This document shows, in pieces, positions 58,427 to 61,187 of a DNA stretch of 61,187 nt (its first letter is position 1; each line of letters opens with the position of its first letter). The notes beneath the pieces were generated by a model. That model was not told where the DNA came from, made no database searches, and saw only the letters and a list, made by a program, of their open reading frames with translations. This DNA is from a virus. Taxonomy: Duplodnaviria > Caudoviricetes. Where the stretch lies: positions 1 through 61,187 of the IMG/VR virus record IMGVR_UViG_3300021446_000106; one strand, given 5' to 3'. The translations under genes and the position numbers were made by a program.

Positions 58427-58710
58427 ACAAACAGACGTTACAGAATTGGGTCAGTCTCGGGCTTTGGGGACCAATCTTTATCCTCCTCTACGGGGTTGCA
58501 ATTGCAGGGGCCGGCGCAGCAGTCCGCTACGCACTCTTTGGAGAGATACCGCCGCTTCCGAGCTCGGCAAGTTCACAAGCAGTGAGCTATGCGTTGCTTG
58601 GTGCACTTGGGTTCATCTACTATCTGAATCTCCAGTACGTGTACGGCGAGAAAAAGCTCCAGACCGCGCAGGAAAATATTGCAGAAATCAAAGACCAGTT
58701 GGATGACTAA
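58408..58710 (+). CDS. Two-TM membrane protein (holin-like candidate)
   Basis: Two TM helices and a charged C-terminal tail. Confidence 0.55.
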   Translation: MVSINLDKQTLQNWVSLGLWGPIFILLYGVAIAGAGAAVRYALFGEIPPLPSSASSQAVSYALLGALGFIYYLNLQYVYGEKKLQTAQENIAEIKDQLDD

Positions 58711-58713
58711 CAT

Positions 58714-60069
58714 ATGAGCACGATGGAAATTACATCGGACGAAGTGAGTGCCGACCAGCTGGTCAAGTTTCTGTTAGACGACGGCGCCGAAACTGGTGAC
58801 CTCGACCTGTCCGGGAGTGACATCACCAACGTTGGCAATCTCGATGCAGAAAGCGCCAATATTGATGGCCTCAAAACGAGCCGCGATGCTGATGTTGTCT
58901 TCTACGTAGACCAAGCAAACGGCGACGATTCGAATGACGGGAAATCGGCGTCGGCGGCATTCGCGTCTTATCCGCGGGCACTCGAAGAACTGCCTCGGTT
59001 TGGGGATAAACAAGTGCAGATTCGGCAAATCGGCGATTACTCGACACCGACAAACACGCCACTCAAGATAACAAATAGGAGTGGCGCAATCTACCAAGAC
59101 GGGGAGTTTAGTCTGGAAATTGTTGGTGACTCAGAGCTCGGTGCAGTTGGCGACGACGACCCGGCTGGCATGGAACAATTCGACGGCAATATCCACATCG
59201 AAGGCGTCAACGGCGTCAATATTAAGTTCCTCGAATTTGACGGGATGCCATGGGTTACATCATCGATTGGCATTACCTTCTTTAGCTGCTATATGTACGG
59301 GGCCGGCTATGCTTTTGCATATCTACGCTCTGGGGAAATCAACCTCATCTACAACATCTATGACGGGCAAGTTAATGACCCCAACATCGGGTTCTCGTGC
59401 TTACGCAACGGTCGGATGCAAGTCGAAGGGGGCGAAATACGCAATTGGGACTACCAAAACAACGTCGCGTACCAAGCCTTCAATGGCGGCAAGATAATTG
59501 ACGATTTTGACGACAAGTATCCTGACGCAAACCGCACTGGCGACATCGTGCCCTCAGACGGGCGGGGCATTTCCGACGAAGCGTTCGACCGTAATCTCGA
59601 CGGCAAAGACCTTACCGACGGCACCAAGACCGTCTACGATGGCGCAAACGGGTACGTACCGCAGGCAATTCTCGAACGCGATAGCCTGACTGTCAATGCA
59701 AGCGATGGCCTCACGGGTGGAGGCAGTGTCAGCCTTGGCAACACCGTTACTGTAAATATCGACCCCGCGCAATTTGCTGGCACGTTGCTCTCCGAAGATG
59801 GGTCAAACAACCTCGTGGTTGACGAATCGGACATCGACCACAATAGTATTGACCAGACCACTGTCTCGCCGGACGACCACCACACCGAGGACCATCAGTC
59901 GCGCCACGGCATTGGCGGCGATGACGAACTGTCGACGGCACTCAGGTACGAACCAGAAGCAGAACCCTCGACACCCGATGCAGGGGTTGTGCGATGGTAT
60001 GACCAAAGCGCGAATGCATTCAAAGCAAAATTTGATGACGGCTCGACAGTCGTTCTCGCGGAGCAATAA
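58714..60069 (+). CDS. Putative tail fibre/adhesin; paralog of 538-2013
   Basis: FYVDQANGDDSNDGKS; GLTGGG...DDHH fibre-like C-terminus. Confidence 0.7.
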   Translation: MSTMEITSDEVSADQLVKFLLDDGAETGDLDLSGSDITNVGNLDAESANIDGLKTSRDADVVFYVDQANGDDSNDGKSASAAFASYPRALEELPRFGDKQVQIRQIGDYSTPTNTPLKITNRSGAIYQDGEFSLEIVGDSELGAVGDDDPAGMEQFDGNIHIEGVNGVNIKFLEFDGMPWVTSSIGITFFSCYMYGAGYAFAYLRSGEINLIYNIYDGQVNDPNIGFSCLRNGRMQVEGGEIRNWDYQNNVAYQAFNGGKIIDDFDDKYPDANRTGDIVPSDGRGISDEAFDRNLDGKDLTDGTKTVYDGANGYVPQAILERDSLTVNASDGLTGGGSVSLGNTVTVNIDPAQFAGTLLSEDGSNNLVVDESDIDHNSIDQTTVSPDDHHTEDHQSRHGIGGDDELSTALRYEPEAEPSTPDAGVVRWYDQSANAFKAKFDDGSTVVLAEQ

Positions 60070-60072
60070 CCC

Positions 60073-61092
60073 ATGGCAAACTTAGGTTCAACTGATACGC
60101 CTGCGGCGGCAGAGTCGCTTGACCTTCCAAATGGATATAGCCCAGCATTCGAAGAAGAGAGTGGCGACCTCGTCATCAATGACACCAGTGGCAACACCGC
60201 GCTTCGATGGGACGACACCAATGGGAAGTGGCAACTGGCCGCGCCACTGGACGCCAGCTCGAATGATGTCACAAACGTCGGGGCACTGGATACGGAAGAG
60301 TCTGTTACTGTCACTGGAGACGCCCCTCTCACGTATGGCCGCAACCACGGTGCATCGAAAGGGGAAAGTGTCGCGGTTGGTGTCGGCTCCCGAACGCTTT
60401 ATTGGCACTCAGACGGATATGACGTGTCACAAAAGGTTGCGGTTGGACACGAAGCGCTCAAACAAGACGAAGGTTTGGGGTCTGTCGGCGTCGGGTTTCG
60501 TGCGGCAGCAGACACTCAGGATAACGTCTACGCACCTGTTGCGGTTGGATATAAAGCGGCAGAGAAAAACCAAGGTGAGTACATTACGGCGCTCGGATAC
60601 TCAACTGCATCTGATAATACAGGAAACCGCGTGACAGCAGTCGGGTATCAAGCCGCCTATAAAAATACTGGCGAAGCAATAACAGCCCTTGGATTCTACG
60701 CTGCGCGGAATAACACCCGTAAAGATGTCACGGCAATTGGCTACACAGCCGCGAAAAATAACACAGGGCAAGAAAGCGTCTTTGTCGGTCGAAAGTCTGG
60801 GCGAAAGAACACCGGCAACTACGTTACCGCACTTGGCTACAAAACGGCAGGCGGACAGGGGCTTTCAGACCCCTCAACGATGGGGAACAGAAACGTCGGA
60901 GTCGGAGCCGAAGCTATCGAGAACAACCAAGCATCGGGACTCATCTGCCTCGGGTTCCGGGCAGGCAAAAATGCACAGACCGACGACCAACTAATTATCA
61001 CACAGCGCGACGGAACCAGAAGGTTAGTCATGGACCTGACGACTGGCGACCTCTCCATTACAGGAGAGTTGACCGAAAACGCGAGTCTCTAA
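60073..61092 (+). CDS. Adhesin-like protein with YadA-head-like repeats
   Basis: Tandem ~16-aa repeats (V/I)TA(L/V)GY.AA..NTG. Confidence 0.7.
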   Translation: MANLGSTDTPAAAESLDLPNGYSPAFEEESGDLVINDTSGNTALRWDDTNGKWQLAAPLDASSNDVTNVGALDTEESVTVTGDAPLTYGRNHGASKGESVAVGVGSRTLYWHSDGYDVSQKVAVGHEALKQDEGLGSVGVGFRAAADTQDNVYAPVAVGYKAAEKNQGEYITALGYSTASDNTGNRVTAVGYQAAYKNTGEAITALGFYAARNNTRKDVTAIGYTAAKNNTGQESVFVGRKSGRKNTGNYVTALGYKTAGGQGLSDPSTMGNRNVGVGAEAIENNQASGLICLGFRAGKNAQTDDQLIITQRDGTRRLVMDLTTGDLSITGELTENASL

Positions 61093-61187
61093 CACAATGC
61101 AAACGCTCACCTACAGCGGCGAACAGACAGTTGACGTACAGCGCGCGCAAGACGTTATCAAAGAACTGGCGGAAACCCATCAGGGTG
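60986..61187 (+). repeat. Imperfect direct repeat of 1-201
   Basis: See 1-201. Confidence 0.95.

Noticed and set aside
1-61187. Provirus/temperate lifestyle
   Set aside because: No integrase, att-like site, partition genes or host genes recognised

Overview
The window is an apparently near-complete genome of a lytic haloarchaeal head-tail virus with a contractile tail (myovirus). Evidence: a strongly acidic proteome, archaeal BRE/TATA promoters, an AEP primase, an intein-containing PolB, and sheath/baseplate genes. Layout: replication and nucleotide-metabolism genes on the minus strand (2.0-17.2 kb); an accessory/early block, mostly on the minus strand (18.4-34 kb); a largely non-coding control region (31.4-34.7 kb); packaging and morphogenesis genes on the plus strand (34.8-61.2 kb, apparently continuing into 1-2013). 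No integrase, CRISPR array or DNA methyltransferase was recognised. The most notable items are: (1) a cluster of three COOH-NH2 amidoligases, two class-II glutamine amidotransferases and an ATP-grasp ligase, resembling the phiEco32-type peptide-ligase system but in a virus whose host lacks peptidoglycan; (2) a neck (HK97 gp10-like) gene split by a HipA/PI3-PI4-kinase-like domain plus a small partner ORF, a candidate virion-delivered kinase; (3) a split PolB with a Gln-terminal intein; (4) several non-coding signals: twin long hairpins with an identical loop, a conserved promoter class in an inverted duplication, phased A-tracts before terS, a tRNA-like element and a dispersed CCGCRGGAAC motif; (5) modular, duplicated adhesin genes with diverged terminal repeats. 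All calls are from motifs and synteny read by eye; no database searches were run.
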